From Salinispira sp. (lineage in GTDB: Bacteria > Spirochaetota > Spirochaetia > DSM-27196 > Salinispiraceae), in the NCBI GenBank assembly GCA_965602015.1, contig OZ271918.1, forward strand, positions 3,296,001-3,360,000: a DNA stretch of 64,000 nucleotides, in the 5' to 3' direction. Every line of letters begins with the position of its first letter. The first letter of the stretch is position 1. The position numbers and the translations under genes are program-made. Below, one piece after another: positions 52,544-63,335 of this stretch. The notes under the pieces were generated by a model. That model made no database searches and was not told where the DNA came from. It saw only the letters and a program-made list of their open reading frames with translations.

Positions 52544-53905
52544 TTATTGAGTTATTTCTCCTACCCCTAATTCATACATGTCACATATAAACCAAGCAAA
52601 ATCTTCATTTTGTGTTATGGCAAGCACAGTCGGAAATACAATATTTTCTGGTATTGATTGTTCTGTTCCCATAAGCCCTTCTATAAACCTTTCCGTAATT
52701 TAATGTCAGATCAGCAATACCGGTTAGTATTATTGGTATTCCAACAAAATCTCCAGGACCAGGAATTGGTGAATCTAGTGCAGCAAAGCCTAATCCGACA
52801 CTAATCTGACCGAAGCCTCTGAACATTCCGCCTATTCCTTCAAGGGTCCTTACTAAATCAATCTGCCAAGTTTGAGAAACGCTACTGTGAGCACCTGCTG
52901 TTGATTCTGTTGCTTCACTCATGTATCCAGCAGCTTCATAATCCTGGATCCCTTGGAGCAGCTCCCTTGCTAAATCCTCTAACTCTTGCTGGTAAGCAAG
53001 AAATTCATCCAAGGTCATGCCGCTGGTATCTTGTTGTGAGAGTTTAACGAGCTTTTCTGACTGTTGGGTTATTGATTCCTGGGCAGAAATACCAGTGGAG
53101 ACATGATTGATCTGTTCGGTTATTTCCTCATAGCTGGCAACCTCTGTTGTTGTTTCTTCTACGTTTCCATAATTCTCATTTTCAGGGGTATCTGTGTGAT
53201 AATCCCCGGCATCGAATATGCTCGTGCCCCAGCTCACTTCATTCAAACCGGTCGGATCGAAGTATTTGAGGGGATTGCTCGCTGCATACCGGTACCAGTT
53301 CGATCCGAACCTCGCCGGATCCTCGCTTATAAACCTCCCGGTCCCCGGGTCATACCACCGAGCATTGAAATAGTACAACCCGGTATCTTCATCCAGGTCC
53401 TTGCCGGTGTACATGAGGTTTTCTGTGTCGGTCATGGGTCCTGATTCGGAGACCGAGTCGCCGAAGGGGGTGGTTTCTCCGGAGAAGACTTCGTTGCCAA
53501 AGCTGTCTGTCATCAGGACGGTGCTTCCCAGGTGGTCTGTGCCGTAGAAGTAGATCTGGGCTACATTGGTTTGCTTGTCCACTACCCGTTTGGCGATGTG
53601 GCGGAGATTTCTGAAGATGTAGTATTCGCTTCTTTGGTCTGTGTGCCGTTCGATTCTGTTGCCCTTTTGGTCGTAGACGTAATGGGTGATTTGGCCATGT
53701 CGGTTTTTCTCCCATATCCTCAGGTTATTCACATCATAGCCGTATTCTTTTATCACGCCCAGATTGCCCTCTTCATCGAGGTCTTCGACGTTTTCCAGGC
53801 GGTTTAACAGGTCCCAGCTGTAGTGGCGGTAGGTTCCTGTCCGGTTGATGGTGATTTTAGTGCCGGTGATTGTGGCGCTGTCTCCCCGTTTGATGAGGTT
53901 TCCCT
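52544..53905 (-). pseudogene. Orphan Rhs module 3, 5'-truncated with a frameshifted tip
   Basis: Rhs homology starts at about 53905 (GNLIKRGDS); ORF 52605-53756; alternative frame from about 52690 runs to TAA 52544. Confidence 0.78.
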
Positions 53906-53914
53906 CGGAGGTGT

Positions 53915-54763
53915 TTAGCGGTCCATTGGAAACTCTTCACAGTGAACGCATTCGTAGTTTTTGTCCTGGGGGTTTTGGATCATAACCTGGCCGCAGCGAG
54001 GGCAGAGGGGTTCGGGTTCGGCTGTGAGGTTGTGGTTCACTGTGATCCGGCCGTCGAAGACGAAGCAGCGGCCATTCCAGCTACTTTTTTCCTTTGGAAT
54101 GGTCTCGAGGTATTTGAGTATTCCCCCGTGAAGGTGGTAGACGTTTTCTATTCCCAGGTTTTTCACGTAGGCGGTGGCTTTTTCGCAGCGGATTCCGCCG
54201 GTGCAGAACATGGCGACTTTCTTTGGCTTGGTTTCCTCTATCATGTTCTTTGCGGCTTCGGGGAACTGTCTGAAATTTAGTGTTCGCGGGTCAACCGCGC
54301 GGTCGAAGCTTCCCAGGCGGTACTCGTAGGCATTTCTCGTGTCGATGACCAATACTTCAGGATCGGATATGAGTTCATCCCATTGTTCGGCCTCCACGTA
54401 GGTGCCTGAATTTGCCGCCGCATCGATTCCCTCGACGCCCATGGTGACGATTTCCTTCTTAATCCGAATTTTCAGCTTCCTGAAGGGTTTGCGGTTCAGA
54501 TTTGCCGAGGAGTACTTTACCTCCAGATCATGAAATCCGTCCCTGCTGCGGAGGGCGGCGATAAATGAGTCTATATTCTCCCTGCTGCCTGCAATGGTGG
54601 AATTTATTCCTTCGCCGGCGAGCAGAATGATCCCGATGAGGTTTAGATCATCTCCGAGGCGTTGAAGTTCGGCTTTTAGCTGTTCCGGGTTTGTGATTGG
54701 CGTGAATTTATAATATGTGGCGAAGGCGTATTGGACGCGCTTATTGCCGATAGTTTTTGTCAT
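53915..54763 (-). CDS. trhO: Rhodanese-domain tRNA U34 hydroxylase (TrhO/YceA)
   Basis: EGINSTI, KIRIKKEIVTMG, DTRNAYE, FCTGGIRCEKA, GGILKYLE, CFVFDGR. Confidence 0.9.
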   Translation of the reverse strand: MTKTIGNKRVQYAFATYYKFTPITNPEQLKAELQRLGDDLNLIGIILLAGEGINSTIAGSRENIDSFIAALRSRDGFHDLEVKYSSANLNRKPFRKLKIRIKKEIVTMGVEGIDAAANSGTYVEAEQWDELISDPEVLVIDTRNAYEYRLGSFDRAVDPRTLNFRQFPEAAKNMIEETKPKKVAMFCTGGIRCEKATAYVKNLGIENVYHLHGGILKYLETIPKEKSSWNGRCFVFDGRITVNHNLTAEPEPLCPRCGQVMIQNPQDKNYECVHCEEFPMDR

Positions 54764-54874
54764 ATACGCTGTATAGCATATCCTCCGGGAAATGAGAATA
54801 TTTAATGCCGACGGCACGAGTTAGGCGTAAATCGCAATGACACAAGCGGAAGCTTTTATTATACTGTGGCCTCT

Positions 54875-55630
54875 ATGGCCAGGATTATCGTATTTGCAAA
54901 TCAGAAGGGCGGTGTTGGTAAAACCACATCGGCGGCAAACCTCGGAGCATATCTCGCGGAGGAAGGTCAGCGCGTCCTTCTGGTTGATTTTGATCCCCAG
55001 TGTAACCTCAGTTCTTCGGTCGGGGCCGACAAGGACCGCGGCGGTATTTACGAGCTCATTACCAGCAAAGAGGATCCGCAAAAATACATTCAGGATACCT
55101 CGGTGGATCGGCTCAGGATTATTCCCGCGAGCCCCGATCTGTCCGGAGCGACAGTGGAACTGGTGGGAGAACAGAACCGGGAGTATTTTCTTAAAAAGGT
55201 TCTCACCGAACTCAGGGATCAGTTCGACTACATCTTTATCGACTGTCCCCCCAGCCTGGGCATATTAACCCTTAACGGATTGAGCGCCGCCGACCAGGTT
55301 TACATTCCCCTGCAGACCGAGTATTTCGCCCTCGAGGGAATTACCCAGCTGATGCAGAGCATAAAAATGGTGCAGCGTTCAAGCAATCCGAAGCTCAGCA
55401 TCGGGGGCATTATTTTTACCATGTATGATTCCCGAACCCGTCTCGCCCAGGATGTTGTCAAGGAAGTTGTAGGATACTTCGGCGACCTGGTGTTCAAGTC
55501 GATTATTCCCCGCAATGTCCGGCTTTCCGAGGCCCCCTCCCATTCCGTTCCCATAAATCAGTACGATCCGGGCTGTGCCGGCGCGAAGAGCTACAGGGAA
55601 CTGGCCCGGGAGGTAATTCAGCGTGGCTAA
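54875..55630 (+). CDS. parA: ParA/Soj ATPase
   Basis: NQKGGVGKTT, DFDPQ, DCPPSLG, IPRNVRLSEAPS. Confidence 0.96.
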   Translation: MARIIVFANQKGGVGKTTSAANLGAYLAEEGQRVLLVDFDPQCNLSSSVGADKDRGGIYELITSKEDPQKYIQDTSVDRLRIIPASPDLSGATVELVGEQNREYFLKKVLTELRDQFDYIFIDCPPSLGILTLNGLSAADQVYIPLQTEYFALEGITQLMQSIKMVQRSSNPKLSIGGIIFTMYDSRTRLAQDVVKEVVGYFGDLVFKSIIPRNVRLSEAPSHSVPINQYDPGCAGAKSYRELAREVIQRG

Positions 55631-56615
55631 AAAAGCCCTCGGCCGAGGCCTGAGTTCCCTGATGCCCGAGACCGTTGCCCAGGCTGAATCCCAGGGGCAG
55701 CAGGTCCTCATGATCGGCCTGGCCGATCTCGAGCCGAATCCCGACCAGCCCAGAAAAGATTTCCAGGCGGATCTGCTTGAAGAACTCGCCGCCTCAATTC
55801 GCGAAAAGGGTGTCATCCAGCCCCTTGTGGCTGAACAGCAGGATTCCGGTAGATATATGATTATCGCCGGGGAGCGCCGGTTCCGGGCTTCGAAGATAGC
55901 AGGTCTCAGCGAGGTTCCCGTGGTCGTCCGGTCCTTCAGCGACGAGGATAAACTGGAAATCGGCCTCATCGAGAACATCCAACGGGAAGACCTCAACGCC
56001 ATTGAGGAGGCCTTGGGTTACCGCAATCTCATGGAGCGCTTTGCGCTTACCCAGGAAGATGTGGCCCGCAAACTGGGAAAGAGCCGTTCTGCGGTGGCCA
56101 ATGCCCTCAGGCTGCTCAAGCTCCCTCCGGAAATTCAGGACGCCATATCGGCTGAGGGCATCTCCGCCGGCCATGCCCGCGCCCTTCTCTCCATAAAGGC
56201 GGAATTCGAAGAACAGCTTACCGAACTGTTCAGTCTCATCGTCGATGAAGGCCTCTCCGTTCGCCTAGCGGAAAAAGCCGCGCGGATGATTAACGACGGT
56301 CACCGGATCGACGGTCTTCACGCCCGCCTCATCGGAGAAGACGGGGAAACAGATGATCCGGAGGAAAACCAGCGGCTGCGCCGGGAACTCATGGAGATGG
56401 CGTCCGGCGCGAAAACCGCATCTGGAGGATCGGCTTCCTCATCCGCTGCCGCCAGGCCCCGGAGCCCCGAGCTCTGGTCCATGGAAGAGAAGCTCATCGT
56501 CAAAACGGGTACCAAGGTCGAAATACGGGGAGACGAGAAGAAGGGCAAAATAGAAATCCATTACTTCAACCCCGATGATTTACAGCGATTGTACGAACTG
56601 CTGCTCAACGACTGA
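55623..56615 (+). CDS. parB: ParB/Spo0J
   Basis: LGRGL, PNPDQPRK, IAGERRFRA, ENIQREDL, KSRSAVANALRL. Confidence 0.96.
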   Translation: MAKKALGRGLSSLMPETVAQAESQGQQVLMIGLADLEPNPDQPRKDFQADLLEELAASIREKGVIQPLVAEQQDSGRYMIIAGERRFRASKIAGLSEVPVVVRSFSDEDKLEIGLIENIQREDLNAIEEALGYRNLMERFALTQEDVARKLGKSRSAVANALRLLKLPPEIQDAISAEGISAGHARALLSIKAEFEEQLTELFSLIVDEGLSVRLAEKAARMINDGHRIDGLHARLIGEDGETDDPEENQRLRRELMEMASGAKTASGGSASSSAAARPRSPELWSMEEKLIVKTGTKVEIRGDEKKGKIEIHYFNPDDLQRLYELLLND

Positions 56616-57285
56616 TCCACTCTTTTACATTAAAATAGAAGCGGCCGGGAAACTCCCGGCCTTTTTTTATGCCGATTCGGGTTCCGCACATAATTTCAGC
56701 GTCCCGGATAATGTTAGTTTGCCTTTCCCCGGGATGACAGAGCCGCAACGGCCCGCGTTCACCGGAGTTTCCGCTCTCAAAGGAACTGCTGCCGTCGAGA
56801 AAACGATCGACAGCAAAAGCCTGGCATATTTTGCCCGGCCCATCCAGGAGTCCGTGAAGATCGGTTACACCGGAGCCGTTATCCGTGGAATGACGGACCC
56901 CGAACCTCCGGAGAGCCATCTGATCCTCACCGAGTAGGGGATACATGGCCCTTATGAGAACCGCTTCGCCGATGCCTGCCGGAGCTGAAACCAGGTTGAG
57001 GCAATGGTGAATTCCGTAAATCAGATACACGTACCATCGGCCGGGTTCCAGAAACATACTTTTGTTGCGTGATGTGAGTCCGGCGAAGGAATGGGATGCC
57101 GGATCATCATGAAGATAGGCCTCGGTTTCAAGAATCAAGCCCGCCATCTCAATGCCGGCCTGCCGAGCCGTACTGTCGGCTGCTTTTGCAGGGAGGCGCC
57201 GGCGCACGATAACTTTTCCCAACAACCATCTGGCCAGCTCTACTGTGTCGGCGGGATATTCGCTGGGATGAATGGTTTTATACAT
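56605..57285 (-). CDS. DNA-3-methyladenine glycosylase (MPG/AAG family)
   Basis: LETEAY, YVYLIYGIHHCLN, AVLIRA, GPGKIC, RIGI. Confidence 0.92.
   Translation of the reverse strand: MYKTIHPSEYPADTVELARWLLGKVIVRRRLPAKAADSTARQAGIEMAGLILETEAYLHDDPASHSFAGLTSRNKSMFLEPGRWYVYLIYGIHHCLNLVSAPAGIGEAVLIRAMYPLLGEDQMALRRFGVRHSTDNGSGVTDLHGLLDGPGKICQAFAVDRFLDGSSSFESGNSGERGPLRLCHPGERQTNIIRDAEIMCGTRIGIKKGREFPGRFYFNVKEWISR
56643..56668 (+). terminator. Terminator after parB (within the mpg 3' end)
   Basis: GGCCGGGA-AAC-TCCCGGCC followed by T7. Confidence 0.75.
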
Positions 57286-57339
57286 GATCTTTCTATTTTA
57301 TAGCTGATTTTGCGCTAATCCTGGCGTAAAAAGGGCTTA

Positions 57340-57368
57340 TTGACAAAGAAAATACGGTTCTATATATT
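57340..57368 (+). promoter_or_regulatory. Promoter of the tRNA/SRP RNA cluster
   Basis: TTGACA-17 bp-TATATT. Confidence 0.8.
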
Positions 57369-57384
57369 TAGGCCTCGCTAAACT

Positions 57385-57472
57385 GGAGAGGTGTCCGAGT
57401 GGTTTAAGGAGGCGGTCTTGAAAACCGTTGTACGGTAGCCCCGTACCGTGGGTTCGAATCCCACTCTCTCCG
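57385..57472 (+). tRNA. tRNA-Ser(TGA)
   Basis: Anticodon arm GCGGT-CTTGAAA-ACCGT, long variable arm, GGTTCGAATCC. Confidence 0.95.
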
Positions 57473-57538
57473 TTTGCGCAATGTAATAAAACAGTATATA
57501 AATGAGTGTGCGCGGCCGGTATTACCGGCGCATATTCT

Positions 57539-57626
<88 letters not shown>

Positions 57627-57631
57627 TTTTT

Positions 57632-57705
57632 GATCCCGTAGCTCAGCTGGATAGAGCATCAGTTTGCGGAACTGAGGGTCGGTGGTTCGAGTCCACTCGG
57701 GATCG
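57632..57705 (+). tRNA. tRNA-Arg(GCG)
   Basis: TCAGT-TTGCGGA-ACTGA; acceptor GATCCCG/CGGGATC. Confidence 0.93.
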
Positions 57706-57777
57706 TAGGGCTGTTCGGCGCTTTGCCGCGCCGCCGCCTTAATGCAGTACCCCGGTCCCGCCGGGTCGTGTTTTTCT

Positions 57778-57865
57778 GGAGAGGTGACCGAGTGGTTGAA
57801 GGTGCACGCCTGGAACGCGTGTGTGCCCTATCCGGGTACCGAGGGTTCGAATCCCTCTCTCTCCG
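57778..57865 (+). tRNA. tRNA-Ser(GGA)
   Basis: CACGC-CTGGAAC-GCGTG, long variable arm. Confidence 0.95.
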
Positions 57866-57869
57866 TTCG

Positions 57870-57994
57870 CCCCTTTAGTGTTGAAAGTCAGGCACTGTGC
57901 AATGTGCCGTTACCCAACCCCGTCAGGCCCGGAAGGGAGCAGCGGTAAGTAATCGGTGTGTGTGCCGCAGTTCGCTTGACCGGAGCTAAAGGGG
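57870..57994 (+). ncRNA. ffs: Signal recognition particle (4.5S) RNA
   Basis: Domain IV TCAGGCCCGGAAGGGAGCAGC in a long hairpin closed by CCCTTTAG/CTAAAGGG; upstream of dnaX. Confidence 0.92.
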
Positions 57995-58028
57995 TTTTTT
58001 CTTTTTAAATTATCCGTACAATACCGCT

Positions 58029-59786
<1,758 letters not shown>

Positions 59787-59810
59787 TCACGCCCTGCCCA
59801 GGAGAAATCA

Positions 59811-60128
59811 ATGAACCCCATGGATCTGTTAAAGAATTTCGGAAACATTCAGGAAAAGCTCAAAGAATCCCAGGAACGGCTTAAAGCCCTTGAAGCCACC
59901 GGCCATGCGGGAGGCGACATGGTACAGGTCGTCATGAGCGGCGATCTCGAGGTGAAGTCCGTGAAGATATCGCCGGAAGCCGTTGATCCCGAAGACATAG
60001 AGATGCTTCAGGATCTCATCGTGGCCGCCTACGCAGACGCCCTGTTTCATGTACGCCAGCTTATCAATGATCAAATGAGCGATCTTACCGGCGGAATGCC
60101 CATTCCTCCGGGAATGTTCGGGAAGTGA
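59811..60128 (+). CDS. ybaB: YbaB/EbfC nucleoid-associated protein
   Basis: AGGDMV, EMLQDLIVAA; dnaX-ybaB-recR synteny. Confidence 0.93.
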   Translation: MNPMDLLKNFGNIQEKLKESQERLKALEATGHAGGDMVQVVMSGDLEVKSVKISPEAVDPEDIEMLQDLIVAAYADALFHVRQLINDQMSDLTGGMPIPPGMFGK

Positions 60129-60715
60129 TGAATCACCTCGATCAGCTCATTCAGGCGCTGTCCCGTCTTCCGGGAGTGGGAAAAAAAAGTGCCGCCCGGA
60201 TGGCCTATCATCTCCTTCAGAGCGACAGGGAATATATCCAGCAGCTCGGACAGCTGATCGGCGATTTGCCCCATAAAATCGTTCGATGCCGAACCTGCGG
60301 TAATTACAGCGACAGCGAACAATGCTCCATCTGCGCCGATCCCCGGCGTGATGCCCGGGAGATCTGCGTGGTCGAGCAGCCGCAGGACGTGGCGGTTATC
60401 GAAGGTTCCCACGAGTACCGGGGATACTATCACGTGCTCCACGGCGTTCTGGCGCCCCTGGACGGCATCGGACCGTCGGAGCTGAACTTAAAGAGCTTAA
60501 TCGGCAGAATCGGATCGGGAACCATTGAAGAACTGATAATCGCAACCAACCCCACGGTGGAAGGGGATACCACCGCCCTCTATATAAAAAAGCTGGTGGA
60601 GCATTTGGGTATCAAGGTAACCAGGCTCGCGTTGGGCCTTCCGGTCGGGGGAGATCTGGAATACGCCGACCGCCTTACCCTCGCCAGGAGCCTGAAGGGC
60701 CGAACCGACCTATAG
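60128..60715 (+). CDS. recR: Recombination mediator RecR
   Basis: LPGVGKKSA, C4 zinc finger, YHVLHG, NPTVEGDTT. Confidence 0.96.
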   Translation: MNHLDQLIQALSRLPGVGKKSAARMAYHLLQSDREYIQQLGQLIGDLPHKIVRCRTCGNYSDSEQCSICADPRRDAREICVVEQPQDVAVIEGSHEYRGYYHVLHGVLAPLDGIGPSELNLKSLIGRIGSGTIEELIIATNPTVEGDTTALYIKKLVEHLGIKVTRLALGLPVGGDLEYADRLTLARSLKGRTDL

Positions 60716-60791
60716 TATATTGGGCAGGTAAATCATGCCCGGGGCCGGCGGTTCAGCTGCAGACGGCGGGCATGAACGATGATTCCGACGC

Positions 60792-61361
60792 TTATAAGCC
60801 CCAGATTTCGCCTATAATTTCATCAAAGGCCCGTGCCATGTCAGCCTTGTCGTCTTGGGAAAATGCCGAGAGCACCCAGCGATCGACGGGAAAACCCGAA
60901 TGCGAGGGCCGGCCGATTCCCAGAGAGCAGCGGTAAAAATCATTGCTTCCCAGCTGTTGCTTCACCGAGCGAAGGCCGTTGTGTCCCTTGAGCCCGCCGC
61001 CCTTCTGGAGCTTCCACTTGCCGGGCTGCAAATCGAGTTCATCGTAAAAAACCGCGATATGCTGCGGCGCAACGGAAAAAAATGACGCTGCTTCCTTAAG
61101 CCCCTCTCCGCTCTTATTCATAAAGCTGTGCGAACGGTAAAAAAGCCCTTCCCCTCCGATTGCTTTGATTCCGCCGCTATGTACGGCGGGGAGGGAAAGT
61201 TTGGCGTATTGGCCCTTGAACTTGAGTTTCCAGTCCGGCGGGCTCGGCAGACGGGACTCCAGTTCCTCCAGCAGCAGCCAGCCGGCGTTGTGACGGGTGT
61301 TTTCGTACTGCCGGCCGGGGTTGCCCAGGAAGGCATACAGGCGGATCTGGCGATCGGACAT
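60792..61361 (-). CDS. pth: Peptidyl-tRNA hydrolase
   Basis: LGNPG..YENTRHNAG, FMNKSG, GHNGLRS, GIGRP. Confidence 0.93.
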   Translation of the reverse strand: MSDRQIRLYAFLGNPGRQYENTRHNAGWLLLEELESRLPSPPDWKLKFKGQYAKLSLPAVHSGGIKAIGGEGLFYRSHSFMNKSGEGLKEAASFFSVAPQHIAVFYDELDLQPGKWKLQKGGGLKGHNGLRSVKQQLGSNDFYRCSLGIGRPSHSGFPVDRWVLSAFSQDDKADMARAFDEIIGEIWGL

Positions 61362-61364
61362 TGC

Positions 61365-62786
61365 TTACAGCTTATCGATGAGCATTGAGCATTTGCCGCT
61401 TGGGATGGGAAGGGTTTTTTTCTTCTCGCCCAGTATGTCTATGGTGAAGTAGTAGAGCTTTTCGCTCTCGAGGCGGATTTCCCAGCCCCTGTTGGTTTTA
61501 TTACTCAGAATGGTTATGAGATTCCGCTTGAGCGAGAGGTTTTCGATTCCCATGGCCTCAAGGGTCGGAACAATCCAGTCGACGGTTTTTCGCGGAAGGC
61601 TGATGTACAAACCGATGATGTTTTCAATCATCAGCGCGACGGTGGATAGTCCGAGCCAGGGCAGGTGCATCGCCCGGGGCAGATGGTCGTTGCCGTCCCA
61701 GGTGGCGGCGCCGTCCCTCATCGGGCGGTAGGCTTCCCACACATTGCCCCGTTTATTGTCGTCGGGGTGAAGGGTGTCGAGCATGTAGTACATGTGACGG
61801 ATGCTGGAATCCCGGGCGAGATCGTAGGCCGAGTATTTCTCAAGGCCCTTTATCACCATAAAATTGAGGTAAGGCAACACAGACCCGCAGTACCCGTTGC
61901 CGTTCTCGTCGAAGGCCGGTTCGTCGGCCGCGAGGCTGGGAAAGGGGTGGGGGGTTCCGAAGGTATCGGGGTTTTTCAGATGAGCCAGAAGCTGATCGAA
62001 GCGCGCGTCATTGGGCAGTTCGGCAATGAGGCTCCAGAATCCGTTTATGGTCTTAACCGGAAGCTGCTTCTCATCGGCGTCCAGGTCGAAGTAGAAGCCC
62101 GCGTCGTCATTCCACATTTTTTGGTTGATCTTGGTTTTTAATGAGAAGTAATGGCGCTTGTACTTAAAGGCTATTTCCTTATCGTTCAAGATGTCGCCGA
62201 GTTCGCTCATGTACAGGGCGTTGATAGCCATGGCGGTATTGAAGTCCAGCAGGTATTTCGCGTCTTTCCGGGGCGAGTTGACCATTCCGGTTGCCGAAAG
62301 GGGAACGACGTACATACCGCTGTCATCTTTAAAATTGCCGTCTATCCAGTCGAAATAGGCTTCGAGATAGGGCATTACTTCCTTAATGCGCTTTTTGTTT
62401 CCGAGCTTGTGAAACAGATTGTACTCCGCCCATGAAAATAGGGGCATGCCCACGCCCTGGGGATTATCCTTCTCCAGAACCGGGCTTCCGTCTTTGGCGG
62501 AATATCTGTCCCGTATTGCCCCGTCCTTTTCCTGACGGCTGTAAAAGAAGTCAAGTTGGGTGAGGCTGGGGTATATTTTATTGCTGTACACCAGAAAAAA
62601 GGTGGAAAATATACTTTCGAGCGACCGGATGGTCTCGGTTTGGGGAGAAATAAAGATCCGCTCAGGGCTTCCATGTATTTCCAATTCCTCGGTATAATGA
62701 TCCTCTACCCAGGCCCAGGTCTGATTATATATGTCCACAAAATCCTGATCGTAGAATCGGATACTGGGGAATTCCTTTTTTTGCAC
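61365..62786 (-). CDS. GH63/trehalase-like (MGH1-like) glycoside hydrolase fold protein
   Basis: PLFSWAE, TGMVNSPR, MWND..GFYFD, PFPSLAADEP, NFMVIKGL. Confidence 0.7.
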   Translation of the reverse strand: MQKKEFPSIRFYDQDFVDIYNQTWAWVEDHYTEELEIHGSPERIFISPQTETIRSLESIFSTFFLVYSNKIYPSLTQLDFFYSRQEKDGAIRDRYSAKDGSPVLEKDNPQGVGMPLFSWAEYNLFHKLGNKKRIKEVMPYLEAYFDWIDGNFKDDSGMYVVPLSATGMVNSPRKDAKYLLDFNTAMAINALYMSELGDILNDKEIAFKYKRHYFSLKTKINQKMWNDDAGFYFDLDADEKQLPVKTINGFWSLIAELPNDARFDQLLAHLKNPDTFGTPHPFPSLAADEPAFDENGNGYCGSVLPYLNFMVIKGLEKYSAYDLARDSSIRHMYYMLDTLHPDDNKRGNVWEAYRPMRDGAATWDGNDHLPRAMHLPWLGLSTVALMIENIIGLYISLPRKTVDWIVPTLEAMGIENLSLKRNLITILSNKTNRGWEIRLESEKLYYFTIDILGEKKKTLPIPSGKCSMLIDKL

Positions 62787-62993
62787 TGAGTCTCCTTGGT
62801 ACCGTATATGTATACAGGGTCTATTATAGCATGTTTGATTCGTGTTGAGATTAGGAATCTGAAAATAGCACAGTTGAGTCTTTCAAGTCAAATTTTCTTT
62901 ACAGGCCTGTTTTTGCATATTTATTCGATATTTATGCAGTAAAAGCGTATATTTGCTTGACTTTCGCCCTCCCACTGTGTACAAAAACCAGAT

Positions 62994-63272
62994 ATGGACA
63001 GAAAAGAACTGGAAATCACTGCCGAACTGGCTCACATCGAGCTCAGCGATGCGGAAATCGAAACGTTTTCCCGTGCAGTTTCCCAAATGGTGGAATACTT
63101 CGCGGTGATGGACGAGTTAAAACTCGAGGGCGAATCCGCGTCTCACCACATTCCCGGAGGCGGTAACGCCCTGAGGAAGGACCGCTCCGGCGACTCGCCC
63201 TACGCCGACGACATTCTCGAACAGGCTCCGGATCTCGAAGACCGCTTCATCGCCATACCCAACGTTCTCTAA
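62994..63272 (+). CDS. gatC: Asp/Glu-tRNA amidotransferase subunit C
   Basis: AELAHIEL, LRKD, AP....F..IPNV; precedes gatA. Confidence 0.88.
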   Translation: MDRKELEITAELAHIELSDAEIETFSRAVSQMVEYFAVMDELKLEGESASHHIPGGGNALRKDRSGDSPYADDILEQAPDLEDRFIAIPNVL

Positions 63273-63335
63273 TTCTATCAGCAACTGCGAAGATCATGCG
63301 GCGCCGGACCGGCGCTGCCATAAGGATGGATCAGT

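Noticed and set aside
42690..53905. CRISPR array, retron or diversity-generating retroelement
   Set aside because: No regularly spaced short repeats, no cas or reverse transcriptase gene, no adenine-specific TR/VR pair
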